The position numbers and the translations under genes were made by a program. Of a DNA stretch of 50,130 nucleotides, positions 29,512 to 38,670 are shown in pieces. Position 1 is the first letter of the stretch, and every line of letters starts with the position of its first letter. The stretch covers positions 1-50,130 of the forward strand of contig CAJYCI010000001.1 in assembly GCA_913428515.1 (NCBI GenBank). The letters are read 5' to 3'. The notes under the pieces were generated by a model. It saw only the letters and a list, made by a program, of their open reading frames with translations, made no database searches and was not told where the DNA came from. Source of the stretch: an uncultured Gammaproteobacteria bacterium (GTDB lineage: Bacteria > Pseudomonadota > Gammaproteobacteria > Pseudomonadales > Azotimanducaceae).

Positions 29512-30771
29512 GTGGAAAATAAAAGACTCAAAATATGTTTGCTCAGTTATAGAAGCAACCCTCGAAGCGGTGGACAAGGGGTTTACATAAAGTTTTTAAG
29601 TAAAGCGCTTGTAGATTTGGGACACAAGGTAGATGTGATATCTTCAGAACCTTTCCCGGAGTTAGATAGCCGTGTAAAGCTGATCAAAATTTTTGGTTTG
29701 AATTTGTTTGAAAATGGAAACCACGTCACAGCATTGAGATTTAAGCATTTGTTTTCTTTCACTGACTTTTTCGAGTGGCTGAGCATGTTAACTGGTGGTT
29801 TCGCTGAGCCCTACACGTTTGGCCGAAGGGTCCTAAAGCATCTAAAAAAGAATAACCCCGATTACGATATAATTCATGACAATCAGAGTCTTAGTTATGC
29901 TTTGATAAGCCTAAAAAAAAAGGGTTGGCCTGTATTTGCTACAATACACCACCCTATCTCGTTGGACCTCAAGATAGCCTTAGACCATGAAAAAAGATGG
30001 CAATATAAATTTCTGATCAATCGTTGGCATTATTTCCTGAGAATGCAGAAACGCGTTGCCCGGCAGATTGATCACGTTGTAACAGTATCCGAATCATCAA
30101 AAAAAGATATAACGAGGGATTTCAACGTTGCCACAGAAAATATAACCGTGGTTAACAATGGAATCGATACCGAAATTTTTAAACCTTTGCCCCAAATAGC
30201 AAGGGTGGCTGAAACGATAATGACAACCTCTTCTGCAGACTCCCCGCTGAAAGGGCTGCCTTACCTTCTAAAAGCGGTCGCAGCGCTTACAGAAGAATTT
30301 CCAAACTTGCACTTAAATATTCTGGGTAAATTAAATGAGGGTGGGACCGCATCAAAGTTGATCGAGGAACTCGACTTAGGAAAAAAAGTATCTTTTTTCT
30401 CAGATATCTCAACAAACGAAATAGTCATGCTCTACGCTAAAGCTTCTTGCGCGGTGGTTCCTTCGTTATATGAAGGATTTGGGCTGCCAGCAGGTGAAGC
30501 GATGGCTTGCGAGGTGCCTGTCGTTTCAACTGACGGCGGTGCTTTACCGGAGGTCGTAGGCGAAGCCGGCTTAATTGTTAGGGCTGGAGATCACAAGGCT
30601 CTCAAGGAATCAATTGCCTATTTCCTAAAAAGCCCTAGTCTGAGAAAAGAATATGGTGAAAAAGGCCGAGAACGGATAGTAAAAAAATTCAGTTGGTGTC
30701 GCTGCGCTAAACAGATGGAATCTCTCTACCTTAAATCATTGGAAACTTCAGGAATAGACTATGTCTCTTGA
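29512..30771 (+). CDS. GT4-family (GT-B) glycosyltransferase
   Basis: 419 aa, GTG start. The N-terminus is ICLLSYRSNPRSGGQGVYIKFLSKAL..LGH.V and the C-terminal EX7E region is PSLYEGFGLPAGEAMACEVPVVSTDGGALPEVV. Confidence 0.85.
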   Translation: MENKRLKICLLSYRSNPRSGGQGVYIKFLSKALVDLGHKVDVISSEPFPELDSRVKLIKIFGLNLFENGNHVTALRFKHLFSFTDFFEWLSMLTGGFAEPYTFGRRVLKHLKKNNPDYDIIHDNQSLSYALISLKKKGWPVFATIHHPISLDLKIALDHEKRWQYKFLINRWHYFLRMQKRVARQIDHVVTVSESSKKDITRDFNVATENITVVNNGIDTEIFKPLPQIARVAETIMTTSSADSPLKGLPYLLKAVAALTEEFPNLHLNILGKLNEGGTASKLIEELDLGKKVSFFSDISTNEIVMLYAKASCAVVPSLYEGFGLPAGEAMACEVPVVSTDGGALPEVVGEAGLIVRAGDHKALKESIAYFLKSPSLRKEYGEKGRERIVKKFSWCRCAKQMESLYLKSLETSGIDYVS

Positions 30772-31480
30772 GACGATAAAATTAGAACACTTGAAGCTGA
30801 ACGACAACGATAAACTTCTGGATTTAGGCTGCGGAGAAGGCAGACATGCTCTCTCAGCGTACATTTTTAAAGAATTAAAAGTATACGCTGTAGACTTATC
30901 TATTAATGACCTGGGTACTACAAAAAATAGATTCAATGAGTTTTTTGAAACCGACAACGAGAAAAAAACCTTATCTCTAGCGGCTGCGGACGCGAAAAAC
31001 CTTCCCTTTCAAGATAACGCGTTTGACTCAGTGATCTGCTCTGAAGTTCTAGAACATATTCACGACTACAAATCTGTTCTCTTAGAGATATCCCGTGTTC
31101 TTAAAGATGGGGGAATAGCAGGTATCAGCGTCCCGAGATTCTTCCCAGAGTGGATTTGTTGGAAATTAAGCAACGCCTATCACGAGGTTAAAGGGGGACA
31201 CGTAAGAATTTTTAGAAAGCACCGCCTTCTTGCAGACATTGAAAAAACAGGTCTCAACTTTAAGAATCTCCACTATGCTCATGCCCTCCATGTTCCTTAT
31301 TGGTGGCTTAAGTGCTTATTTTGGCGAGAACCTGGTGAAAGAGAAGCCATGTTGGTAACACTTTATCATCGATTTTTAGTGTGGGATCTAATGAAAAAAC
31401 CTCTTGTCTGTTTTTTTGCAGAAAAATTGCTTAATCCAATAATAGGAAAAAGTGTAGTTATGTATTTTCAAAAAAAATAG
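30761..31480 (+). CDS. class I SAM-dependent methyltransferase (Methyltransf_11-like) with C-terminal extension
   Basis: 239 aa with motif I LLDLGCGEGRH, post-I DAKNLPF.DN.FD.VICSEVLEHI, and an 80-aa tail (HVPYWWLKCLFW...). Overlaps the GT4 gene by 11 nt. Confidence 0.85.
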   Translation: MSLETIKLEHLKLNDNDKLLDLGCGEGRHALSAYIFKELKVYAVDLSINDLGTTKNRFNEFFETDNEKKTLSLAAADAKNLPFQDNAFDSVICSEVLEHIHDYKSVLLEISRVLKDGGIAGISVPRFFPEWICWKLSNAYHEVKGGHVRIFRKHRLLADIEKTGLNFKNLHYAHALHVPYWWLKCLFWREPGEREAMLVTLYHRFLVWDLMKKPLVCFFAEKLLNPIIGKSVVMYFQKK

Positions 31481-31490
31481 AGCTCTCCTC

Positions 31491-32507
31491 ATGACACGTC
31501 CAATTGCTTTAAAAGCTTTTCCAGAGAACTTCTTCGCGGAAACCGCAAATTACATAGCTAATGTTCAATGTGCTGATGGGAGCATCCCTTGGTTTAGAGA
31601 TGGGCCGATGGATCCGTGGGATCATATAGAGGCGCTTATGGGATTAACGATTGGAGGAAAGCATGAGCAAGCTAAAAAGGGTTTTGATTGGTTAAAAAAA
31701 AACCAGCAAAAAAATGGCAGTTGGTTGGCGGCATATCGAGACGGAGAAATTGAGGACGGGACAAGAGCAGAAACAAATTACGTTGCATACATTGCGACCG
31801 GAGTATGGCATTTCCACCTCGTAACGGGCGATAAAATATTTTTAAATGAAATGTGGGAAAGCGTCTCTAGAGCCATAGACTTTGTCCTAGAGCTTCAAGG
31901 ATCAAATGGAGAAATTTTCTGGTGCCTCGATACAAAAAAAGGAATTCAATATGATTGCTTGCTTACAGGATGTTCTAGCATTTATAAATCACTAGAGTGT
32001 GCGATAGCCATCGGATCAGCTTTAAAGAAAAATACCGAAACATGGTCAACGGCAAAAAATCGTCTTGGTATTGCTATTTCAGCCCATCCCGAATGCTTCG
32101 ATCAAAGCTGGACGTCGAAAGACAGGTATGCGATGGATTGGTTTTACCCAGTTCTCACCGGCGTCATTAAAGATAAGGAAGCTTTAAACCGTATAAATAA
32201 ACGATGGGACGAGTTTGTCGAAACTGGCTTGGGTTGTCGCTGCGTCAGCGATCAACCCTGGGTCACTGTAGCTGAAAGCTGTGAGCTAGTATTAGCTCTA
32301 AATTGCGTTGGAGATCGAATAAGAGCTAGGACGTTGTTCAACTGGTTGAACCGATTTCGGGAAAAAGATGGCTCATATTGGACGGGCTATGTTTTCCCTG
32401 AAAAAGTGCTATGGCCCGAGGAACGACCTACGTGGACAGCGGGAGCAATTTTATTAGCAGCGGATGCACTCGCAATGAAGACAAAGGGATCAAATTTGTT
32501 TTCCTAG
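31491..32507 (+). CDS. alpha/alpha-toroid protein (prenyltransferase / squalene-cyclase-like repeats)
   Basis: 338 aa with four spaced repeats of the D/NGS-aromatic type (CADGSIPWF, KNGSWLAAY, SNGEIFWC, KDGSYWTGY), typical of terpenoid cyclase and prenyltransferase toroids. Begins 10 nt after the methyltransferase. Confidence 0.55.
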   Translation: MTRPIALKAFPENFFAETANYIANVQCADGSIPWFRDGPMDPWDHIEALMGLTIGGKHEQAKKGFDWLKKNQQKNGSWLAAYRDGEIEDGTRAETNYVAYIATGVWHFHLVTGDKIFLNEMWESVSRAIDFVLELQGSNGEIFWCLDTKKGIQYDCLLTGCSSIYKSLECAIAIGSALKKNTETWSTAKNRLGIAISAHPECFDQSWTSKDRYAMDWFYPVLTGVIKDKEALNRINKRWDEFVETGLGCRCVSDQPWVTVAESCELVLALNCVGDRIRARTLFNWLNRFREKDGSYWTGYVFPEKVLWPEERPTWTAGAILLAADALAMKTKGSNLFS

Positions 32508-32529
32508 TGTGCTCGCGTGCCACCAAGCG

Positions 32530-33144
32530 CTAAATTCGCTTCATAACCACAAGCGTCCTAACTCTACGAATCTCAACAAATAAGCCCGAGGATAAAGCTA
32601 GCTTCATGATCTCGTGAGGAGCTTGGCCGCCCTCTGACGGATCAAGAAATATATCGTGGATCGCAAGAAAACCTCCTTTTCTGATATGACCACTCCAAGC
32701 TCTGTAATCGTTTAGAGCTGCTTCCATTGAATGACCTCCATCAACAAACACCATTCCAAGTGGCCCGACCCAGTTTCTGGCTACCGCTCGAGAGCTCGAA
32801 ACAATTGGTATTACAGTCTCCGAGAGTCCGGCCATCTCAATATTTTTTCGAAACTCGGAAAAAGAATCCATTTGATTGCGCTTTACATCAAAAAGCTCCT
32901 TGTCGTGATAACTCTCTCCTGGCTGATGTTCTTCAGAGCCCCTGTGATGATCAATTGCGTAAAGAGTATTATTAGTCTCCAGACATGCTAGCCCTAGGTA
33001 AACTGTGCTTTTCCCACAATAGCTACCTACTTCAAGAGCTGGACCCAAAGACGCTATCTCTAAGCAACCGCTATAAAGAGCCTCGCCTTCCTCTGGATGC
33101 AAAAAACCTTTTACAGCATTTATTTCAATGGGAATTTTGATCAT
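32530..33144 (-). CDS. class I SAM-dependent methyltransferase (Methyltransf_24 / O-MT family 3-like)
   Basis: 204 aa with ALEVGSYCGKST (motif I) and VFVDGGHS, typical of this family. Confidence 0.7.
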   Translation of the reverse strand: MIKIPIEINAVKGFLHPEEGEALYSGCLEIASLGPALEVGSYCGKSTVYLGLACLETNNTLYAIDHHRGSEEHQPGESYHDKELFDVKRNQMDSFSEFRKNIEMAGLSETVIPIVSSSRAVARNWVGPLGMVFVDGGHSMEAALNDYRAWSGHIRKGGFLAIHDIFLDPSEGGQAPHEIMKLALSSGLFVEIRRVRTLVVMKRI

Positions 33145-33146
33145 TT

Positions 33147-33326
33147 TCAGGATAGAAAAAAAATCGTTGAGTAAATTGGAACCAAAAGAATCAACGCGTA
33201 CGCACCAAGATTAAATATTCCCGGCCATTTATTCTTTTGACCAAACGGCAATAAATTCCCAGTTGTCATCCAAAGGATTGTCGAAAATAAGAGGGAAAGA
33301 AGGACGCTTAGTATTATTAAACCCAT
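33147..33326 (-). CDS. small two-TM membrane protein (59 aa)
   Basis: MGLIILSVLLSLLFSTILWMTTGN...GAYALILLVPIYSTIFFLS. The stop is 2 nt before the methyltransferase ATG. The track start at 33440 overlaps moeA by 82 nt and is rejected. Confidence 0.35.
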   Translation of the reverse strand: MGLIILSVLLSLLFSTILWMTTGNLLPFGQKNKWPGIFNLGAYALILLVPIYSTIFFLS

Positions 33327-33358
33327 TAGTATATTTTCCTTGGTTATCTCTACTTGAG

Positions 33359-34555
33359 TTAGTTCAGCTCTATAAACTTTATTGGGTCGCCGATTTTTAT
33401 CTGCTGAGCAGCGTCTACTATGGCTAAACAATTTGCCCATTTCAAAGAACTGAGAACACTAGAACCTTGGTGAGCGTACTTTTCTATCAAGGTCTCTCCT
33501 TTTTCAGCTCTATGCCTCCCGCGCAGATACTCTCGGCGTGATCCTGCTTGAAAATCAAAAGAGGACACACCATAGAGCTCATTCGAAGCAACCTCCTTCA
33601 AGCCCTGCGTCGCTTTCAGGAAGGGTTTCGCAAAGACAAAAAAGCTCACAAATGTTGACACTGGATTACCAGGCAAACCCAAGAGAGGTTTCCCGTTAAT
33701 TTCCCCAAGCAAGAACGGTTTTCCAGGTTTCATAGCAACCTTCCAAATATTAATCGATCCTAATGCTCTCACGGCAGCCTTGACATGATCCTCTTCACCA
33801 ACTGAAACTCCACCCGAGGAAATTACTACATCGGCTACTTCCCCAGCTTGCAGTAGCATAGCCAGTGTTTGGGAGTAGTCATCCGGCACGATTCCCAAGT
33901 CAATAACGTTTAGCCCCATACTTCTAAGCAAACCATAAATAAGGAATCGATTGGAGTTATAAGACTGAGCGGACTTCAGGGCCTCTCCAGGTAATACCAA
34001 TTCATCACCTGTAGAGAAAATCGCAACAGTCAGAGGGGTTTTTACTTTGACACTAGTTTCTCCTATCGATGCCAACAGAGCGACCGCGGCACTAGAGAGA
34101 AACTCTCCTTTTGAAACTACTTTAGAGCCCGAAGTAATATCGTGGCCCCGCCTCCTAACATTAGAGTATTTCTTTGGCAACTTTTTGATTCTCGCGGTAC
34201 CCGAGGAAAACTCAACATCCTCTTGAACTATAACGGTATCAGCGCTTTCAGGAATGGCGGCCCCAGTGAAAATCCTAGCGAGAGAATTCTTCCTCAAAGG
34301 CTGGCCAATCCGCCCAGCAGGTATCCTGTCGGAAACACTATAAGACATCCCCTCCGAAACGTCTTCGTGACAACCCGCAAATCCATCCATAGCACTGTTG
34401 TCAAAGGAAGGAACATCGATTTGCGCAAACACATCCTCAGCGCTAGTCCGGCCAAAAGATTGGTCTAACGAAGTTCTTTCGTCTCCGGTTACCGGTCTCG
34501 CCAGTTCTAAGAGCGCTTTGACCGCATCCTCTACCGGCAAAAGATCCAAACTCAA
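33359..34555 (-). CDS. moeA: molybdopterin molybdenumtransferase MoeA
   Basis: 398 aa with MoeA N/linker, MoCF-binding (VISSGGVSVGEEDH) and C-terminal domains. GLPGNPVS motif present. Confidence 0.92.
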   Translation of the reverse strand: MSLDLLPVEDAVKALLELARPVTGDERTSLDQSFGRTSAEDVFAQIDVPSFDNSAMDGFAGCHEDVSEGMSYSVSDRIPAGRIGQPLRKNSLARIFTGAAIPESADTVIVQEDVEFSSGTARIKKLPKKYSNVRRRGHDITSGSKVVSKGEFLSSAAVALLASIGETSVKVKTPLTVAIFSTGDELVLPGEALKSAQSYNSNRFLIYGLLRSMGLNVIDLGIVPDDYSQTLAMLLQAGEVADVVISSGGVSVGEEDHVKAAVRALGSINIWKVAMKPGKPFLLGEINGKPLLGLPGNPVSTFVSFFVFAKPFLKATQGLKEVASNELYGVSSFDFQAGSRREYLRGRHRAEKGETLIEKYAHQGSSVLSSLKWANCLAIVDAAQQIKIGDPIKFIELN

Positions 34556-35073
34556 TGGCTCCCAGTTCGAATAAGTTCCGCGAAATTACAGGGCTTATGA
34601 CTGATATCTAATTGATCTTTAAGAATCTTATCCCACGCCGTCTTACACGCTCCCGTAGATCCTGGAATACAGAAAATAACGGTATCATTTGCAATACCAG
34701 CAAGCGCTCTAGACTGAACAGTCGAAGTGCCTATTTCATCGAAAGACAACCTTCGAAAAAGCTCTCCGAATCCCGGAACATCCGAATCAAAAAGAGGTTG
34801 AACGGCTTCTGGCGTTGAATCCCTTGAGGTAAAACCAGTTCCGCCAGTGACCAAAACGACCTCGACTCCTGGATCCGCTATCCAGCTAGACAGAATAGCT
34901 CTGAGATCATAAAGATTATCTTTTGAAATAGCGTATTGCGAGATTGAGTGCCCTACTGACCTAGCAGCGTCCATCAAGAATCTACCAGAAGAGTCATTTC
35001 TCTCGTTTCGAGTATCAGATACGGTTAGCACTCCTATACTCAAGCATCCCAAATTATCGTTTTTAGTCATCAC
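34552..35073 (-). CDS. moaB: molybdenum cofactor biosynthesis protein MoaB/MogA family
   Basis: 173 aa with VLTVSDT, LVTGGTGFTSRD and PGSTGA motifs. Overlaps moeA by 4 nt. Confidence 0.88.
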   Translation of the reverse strand: MMTKNDNLGCLSIGVLTVSDTRNERNDSSGRFLMDAARSVGHSISQYAISKDNLYDLRAILSSWIADPGVEVVLVTGGTGFTSRDSTPEAVQPLFDSDVPGFGELFRRLSFDEIGTSTVQSRALAGIANDTVIFCIPGSTGACKTAWDKILKDQLDISHKPCNFAELIRTGSH

Positions 35074-35095
35074 TTAGACCGAATTAAATTCATTT

Positions 35096-35878
35096 TTAAA
35101 CACCCCTCCAATTGGGGAGGCGCTTCTCTGAGAAAGCCCTAGGACCTTCAACAAAATCTGAGCTCTTTTGCATTAACTGGACTTGTTTATATCTACTTTT
35201 TATGGCGTCTTCAATCCCCGATGCATTCATTCCCAACATGGCAGCTTCTTTGCTTGCTCTAACCGAAAGAGGAGCGCATTCTAGAATTAACCGGGCCCAA
35301 TCCTTCGCTTTTTCAAGAACCGAGTTTTTTCTGGATACTTCGTTAACGAATCCAAGATCCTTTCCCTCTTGCGCTGACACTCTCCGCCCAGTAAGAAGCA
35401 TGCCCATCGCTTTTTTAATTCCGATTTCCCGAGGCAAACGATGAATACCACCCCCTAAAGCCGCTAAACCAACTCTCGGCTCAGGCAAAGAAAAGACTGC
35501 GTTTTCAGAAGCGATAATTAAGTCGCAAGCGAGAGCAATCTCAAAACCCCCGCCCATCGCGACACCATTTACAGCAGCAATAATAGGCTTCGTATTATCG
35601 AATCGAGAAGTAATTCCCCCAAAACCAGCCGAGGGTTGCCCCTTCATATCACCACCAGACGCCTGATATTTTAGGTCATTTCCAGCGCAGAACGCTTTAT
35701 CACCAGCTCCGGTTATTATCGCGACCCACTGGTCGGGATCCGAAACGAAATCATCAAACGCTTCGCTCAACTCAATGTTTCCAGGGGGGTGCAAAGCGTT
35801 CATTACCTCAGGTCGATTCATAGTTATGATGGTTAATCTTCCCTCTTTGGTCACCTCACTGTATTTTCTCATATTCAA
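35096..35878 (-). CDS. enoyl-CoA hydratase/isomerase (crotonase) family protein
   Basis: 260 aa with ITGAGDKAFCAGNDL and AAVNGVAMGGGFEIALACDLIIAS (oxyanion hole segments). Confidence 0.88.
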   Translation of the reverse strand: MNMRKYSEVTKEGRLTIITMNRPEVMNALHPPGNIELSEAFDDFVSDPDQWVAIITGAGDKAFCAGNDLKYQASGGDMKGQPSAGFGGITSRFDNTKPIIAAVNGVAMGGGFEIALACDLIIASENAVFSLPEPRVGLAALGGGIHRLPREIGIKKAMGMLLTGRRVSAQEGKDLGFVNEVSRKNSVLEKAKDWARLILECAPLSVRASKEAAMLGMNASGIEDAIKSRYKQVQLMQKSSDFVEGPRAFSEKRLPNWRGV

Positions 35879-35914
35879 ACCCTCGGTTTTTTGATAAAGG
35901 AATTTTTAATTCTT

Positions 35915-37042
35915 TTAATCAAACAAAGCTTGGATTATTTTACAGGCCTCTCGAAGTACCGAACGAGGGCCCGCAAAATTCATCCTCAAAAATCCTTTTT
36001 TTCCAAAATCGGCTCCATCAGACAACTCTAAACCTCGCGACAGAAGGTCTTTAACAGGATGCTCCCGACCTGTCTTTCGAAAGTCAATCCAGAGAAAGTA
36101 CGTCCCCTGAGGTTCGATTATCTCTATACCTTTGAGCTTTCCAAGAACTTTCATCAAAAAATTCCGATTTTCCTCAAGGTAACGAAGCATTTGATGAAAC
36201 CAAGGATCGCATTTCGCGTAAGCAACTTCCATGGCAGTCAGAGTTAGGATGTTAAGATCAGGTATCAAACCTTTTGACCTCGACAAAAACCTTTTACGCA
36301 GATCTCCGTTTGGAATAACCGCAAAAGCACCTCCTAATCCACTCATCGCGTGGCTTTTTGAAGGGGACATAAAAGTGATTGTCCTTTGGCTGATAGAATC
36401 GCCTATCGAAGCCAGTGGGAAATGCTTTCTTTTGTCAAAAACAATATCCGCATGCATTTCATCTGAACAAACTAACAGATCGTTTTCTAAACAAATTTCA
36501 GCCAAACGCTCTATTTCCCCTCGATTCATTGATCTGCCTAAAGGGTTTTGGGGGTTACAGATTAGAAATAATTTGAGCTTCTTCTCCCGGGCGAGATCAG
36601 AGAACTTATCAAAATCAAAACCCCAACGACCTTGAGAGATATGCGAGTCTAAAGTCGTTAAAGCGCGATTCGCGTTAGCGACAGCATGAAGAATTGGTGG
36701 ATACACAGGCAACTCCGAAATGGCCTCTTCATCTTTATCTAGAAATATGCGACAGCAAAGATTCAATCCGAGAACGATGCTAGGCAGATAAACAATCCAA
36801 TGTTTCTCAATTTTCCAGTCATATAAGGAATCGGCACGCTCAATAACAAGATCATTCAGGGAGTCTGATATATTTTCGTAACCAAGAACCTGATCCGCCC
36901 TTTTAATTAAAGAGTCACGGATGGGAGGTGGAAGAGAAAAATCGGAATCCCCAATAGTAAGAGCGATGGTGTTTTTCTTTTTTGTCCATCTAGAACTGTT
37001 GGAGATAATTCGGTTATTTACCTTATCAAAAATTTCGTGCAA
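35915..37042 (-). CDS. PLP-dependent C-S lyase / aminotransferase class I (MalY/PatB-like)
   Basis: 375 aa, TTG start, with FDKV.NR....[11 protein letters not shown] and [13 protein letters not shown] (PLP lysine). Confidence 0.8.
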   Translation of the reverse strand: MHEIFDKVNNRIISNSSRWTKKKNTIALTIGDSDFSLPPPIRDSLIKRADQVLGYENISDSLNDLVIERADSLYDWKIEKHWIVYLPSIVLGLNLCCRIFLDKDEEAISELPVYPPILHAVANANRALTTLDSHISQGRWGFDFDKFSDLAREKKLKLFLICNPQNPLGRSMNRGEIERLAEICLENDLLVCSDEMHADIVFDKRKHFPLASIGDSISQRTITFMSPSKSHAMSGLGGAFAVIPNGDLRKRFLSRSKGLIPDLNILTLTAMEVAYAKCDPWFHQMLRYLEENRNFLMKVLGKLKGIEIIEPQGTYFLWIDFRKTGREHPVKDLLSRGLELSDGADFGKKGFLRMNFAGPRSVLREACKIIQALFD

Positions 37043-37126
37043 TTGTGTTTCGTATCGTTGATATTTATTGAGGTTAAGCTTAAGTTATTTGTATCATTAG
37101 TAAAGCGATGTGGAAACCAAATTAAA

Positions 37127-37750
37127 ATGTTTGAAAAAAAATCAGTTATGCCGGCACCGAACGAAGCTCTTCCTGGAAGAGAAGTAGAAATACCAGTTCC
37201 CGAATATCATTTCGTAAATGGTAATCCGATGCAGGAGGTTCCAATCGAAAATTACGAAAAGGCAATGTTTGGCCTAGGCTGTTTTTGGGGTGCGGAGCGA
37301 ATATTTTGGGAAACACCGGGCGTATTCGTAACAGCCGTTGGGTACGCTGGAGGATTAACGCCCAACCCAACATATGAGGAGGTCTGCTCAGGTTTAACTG
37401 GTCACAACGAAGTAGTGAGAGTTTTTTTTGACCCAGCAGAAGTAAGCTTCGAAAAACTTTTGAAAAAATTTTGGGAAGGGCACAATCCAACACAAGGAAT
37501 GCGCCAGGGAAACGATGTAGGAACCCAGTATCGTTCAGGAATATACGTTTTTTCAAGAACTCAGACAGAAATCGCAGAACGGTCTTTACTGAGTTTTGAA
37601 GAAAAACTTACAGCCAACGGATTTTCTCAAATCACAACAGAAATCTTACACGCACCAGCTTTTTATTTTGCAGAAGACTACCACCAGCAATATCTTGCGA
37701 AGGTTCCTAACGGATACTGTGGGCTTGGAGGAACCGGTGTCGAATTTTAG
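37127..37750 (+). CDS. msrA: peptide-methionine (S)-S-oxide reductase
   Basis: GLGCFWGAE active site, GH.EVV.V.FDP and YHQQYL are present. ATG 37127 gives 207 aa. The track start at 37037 overlaps the divergent gene. Confidence 0.95.
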   Translation: MFEKKSVMPAPNEALPGREVEIPVPEYHFVNGNPMQEVPIENYEKAMFGLGCFWGAERIFWETPGVFVTAVGYAGGLTPNPTYEEVCSGLTGHNEVVRVFFDPAEVSFEKLLKKFWEGHNPTQGMRQGNDVGTQYRSGIYVFSRTQTEIAERSLLSFEEKLTANGFSQITTEILHAPAFYFAEDYHQQYLAKVPNGYCGLGGTGVEF

Positions 37751-38670
37751 TCGGAACAACCTAAAATCTTATTGTGTAAATCCTGATAACGGAGCCGAGT
37801 GATTTGCACCAGGTCTTCAGGAATCATCGGTCCAGGCGGCGTTTTGTCCCACAAACCCGAATCATGAAGCTGCTCCGCGAAATTTCTCAAAAGCTGCTTG
37901 TCAAAATTATCTTGTTTTTTATCGGCAACCCAAGATTCCAAAGACCAGTATCTGCTGCTATCTGGAGTTAAGACTTCATCGATCAACATGAGATTACCTT
38001 GTTGATCTAGACCGAACTCAAATTTCGTGTCAGCTATGATTAATCCTTTTCCTTTCGCGTAGGCATTCGCTCTCTCGTACAACTCCAGCGATACCCTACT
38101 CAGTTTCTCAATTAAAGCTTTGCCGACTATTTCGCCGGCTTCGTCAAGGGTTATCGCTTCATCGTGACCCTTTTCAACTTTTGTAGTCGGAGTAAAGATC
38201 GGATTTATAAACCTGTGGCCGTCACCCAGATTTTTTGGCAAAGGAATCCCAGAGATTCGACCGGTACTAAGGTATTCTTTATAACCTCCTCCTGTTAAAT
38301 ATCCCCGGACAATACATTCAATCGGAATCACTTTCGCCTTCTGACAAATCATTACCCTCTTCTCAAGCAGACTCTTTTCGTCTACAGAAAGATGCGTAAG
38401 ATTATCGACGTCAGTTGAATAAAGATGATTCTCGACAACATCTGCTAAAAGCTCAAACCAAAACTTACTTATCTGGGTGAGCATAATGCCCTTTTCGGGA
38501 ATACCATTAGCGAGAACGACATCAAAAACACTGACCCGATCCGTAGCAACAATAAGCACTCCTGGACTGTTATCGGGAAGGACAAGATCATATATATCTC
38601 GCACCTTTCCTTCTCGACGATTTTCGAGAGGAAGTGCCGTATTTAAAAGACTTGGGTCTATCACCCTCAA
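37747..38670 (-). CDS. purC: phosphoribosylaminoimidazole-succinocarboxamide (SAICAR) synthase, long form
   Basis: 307 aa with EGKVRDIY..., [12 protein letters not shown] and [11 protein letters not shown]. The TTG start overlaps the upstream TGA (TTGA). Confidence 0.92.
   Translation of the reverse strand: MRVIDPSLLNTALPLENRREGKVRDIYDLVLPDNSPGVLIVATDRVSVFDVVLANGIPEKGIMLTQISKFWFELLADVVENHLYSTDVDNLTHLSVDEKSLLEKRVMICQKAKVIPIECIVRGYLTGGGYKEYLSTGRISGIPLPKNLGDGHRFINPIFTPTTKVEKGHDEAITLDEAGEIVGKALIEKLSRVSLELYERANAYAKGKGLIIADTKFEFGLDQQGNLMLIDEVLTPDSSRYWSLESWVADKKQDNFDKQLLRNFAEQLHDSGLWDKTPPGPMIPEDLVQITRLRYQDLHNKILGCSD

Noticed and set aside
37074-37083. Perfect 10-bp palindrome TTAAGCTTAA in the MalY-msrA divergent region
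   Set aside because: Palindromes of this length are expected dozens of times by chance in 50 kb of AT-rich DNA, and there is no second half-site or known operator match.
36231-37556. 134-aa and 136-aa ORFs antisense to the MalY-like gene and msrA
   Set aside because: They are opposite strongly supported genes (PLP-lysine and GCFWG motifs) and have no features of their own.
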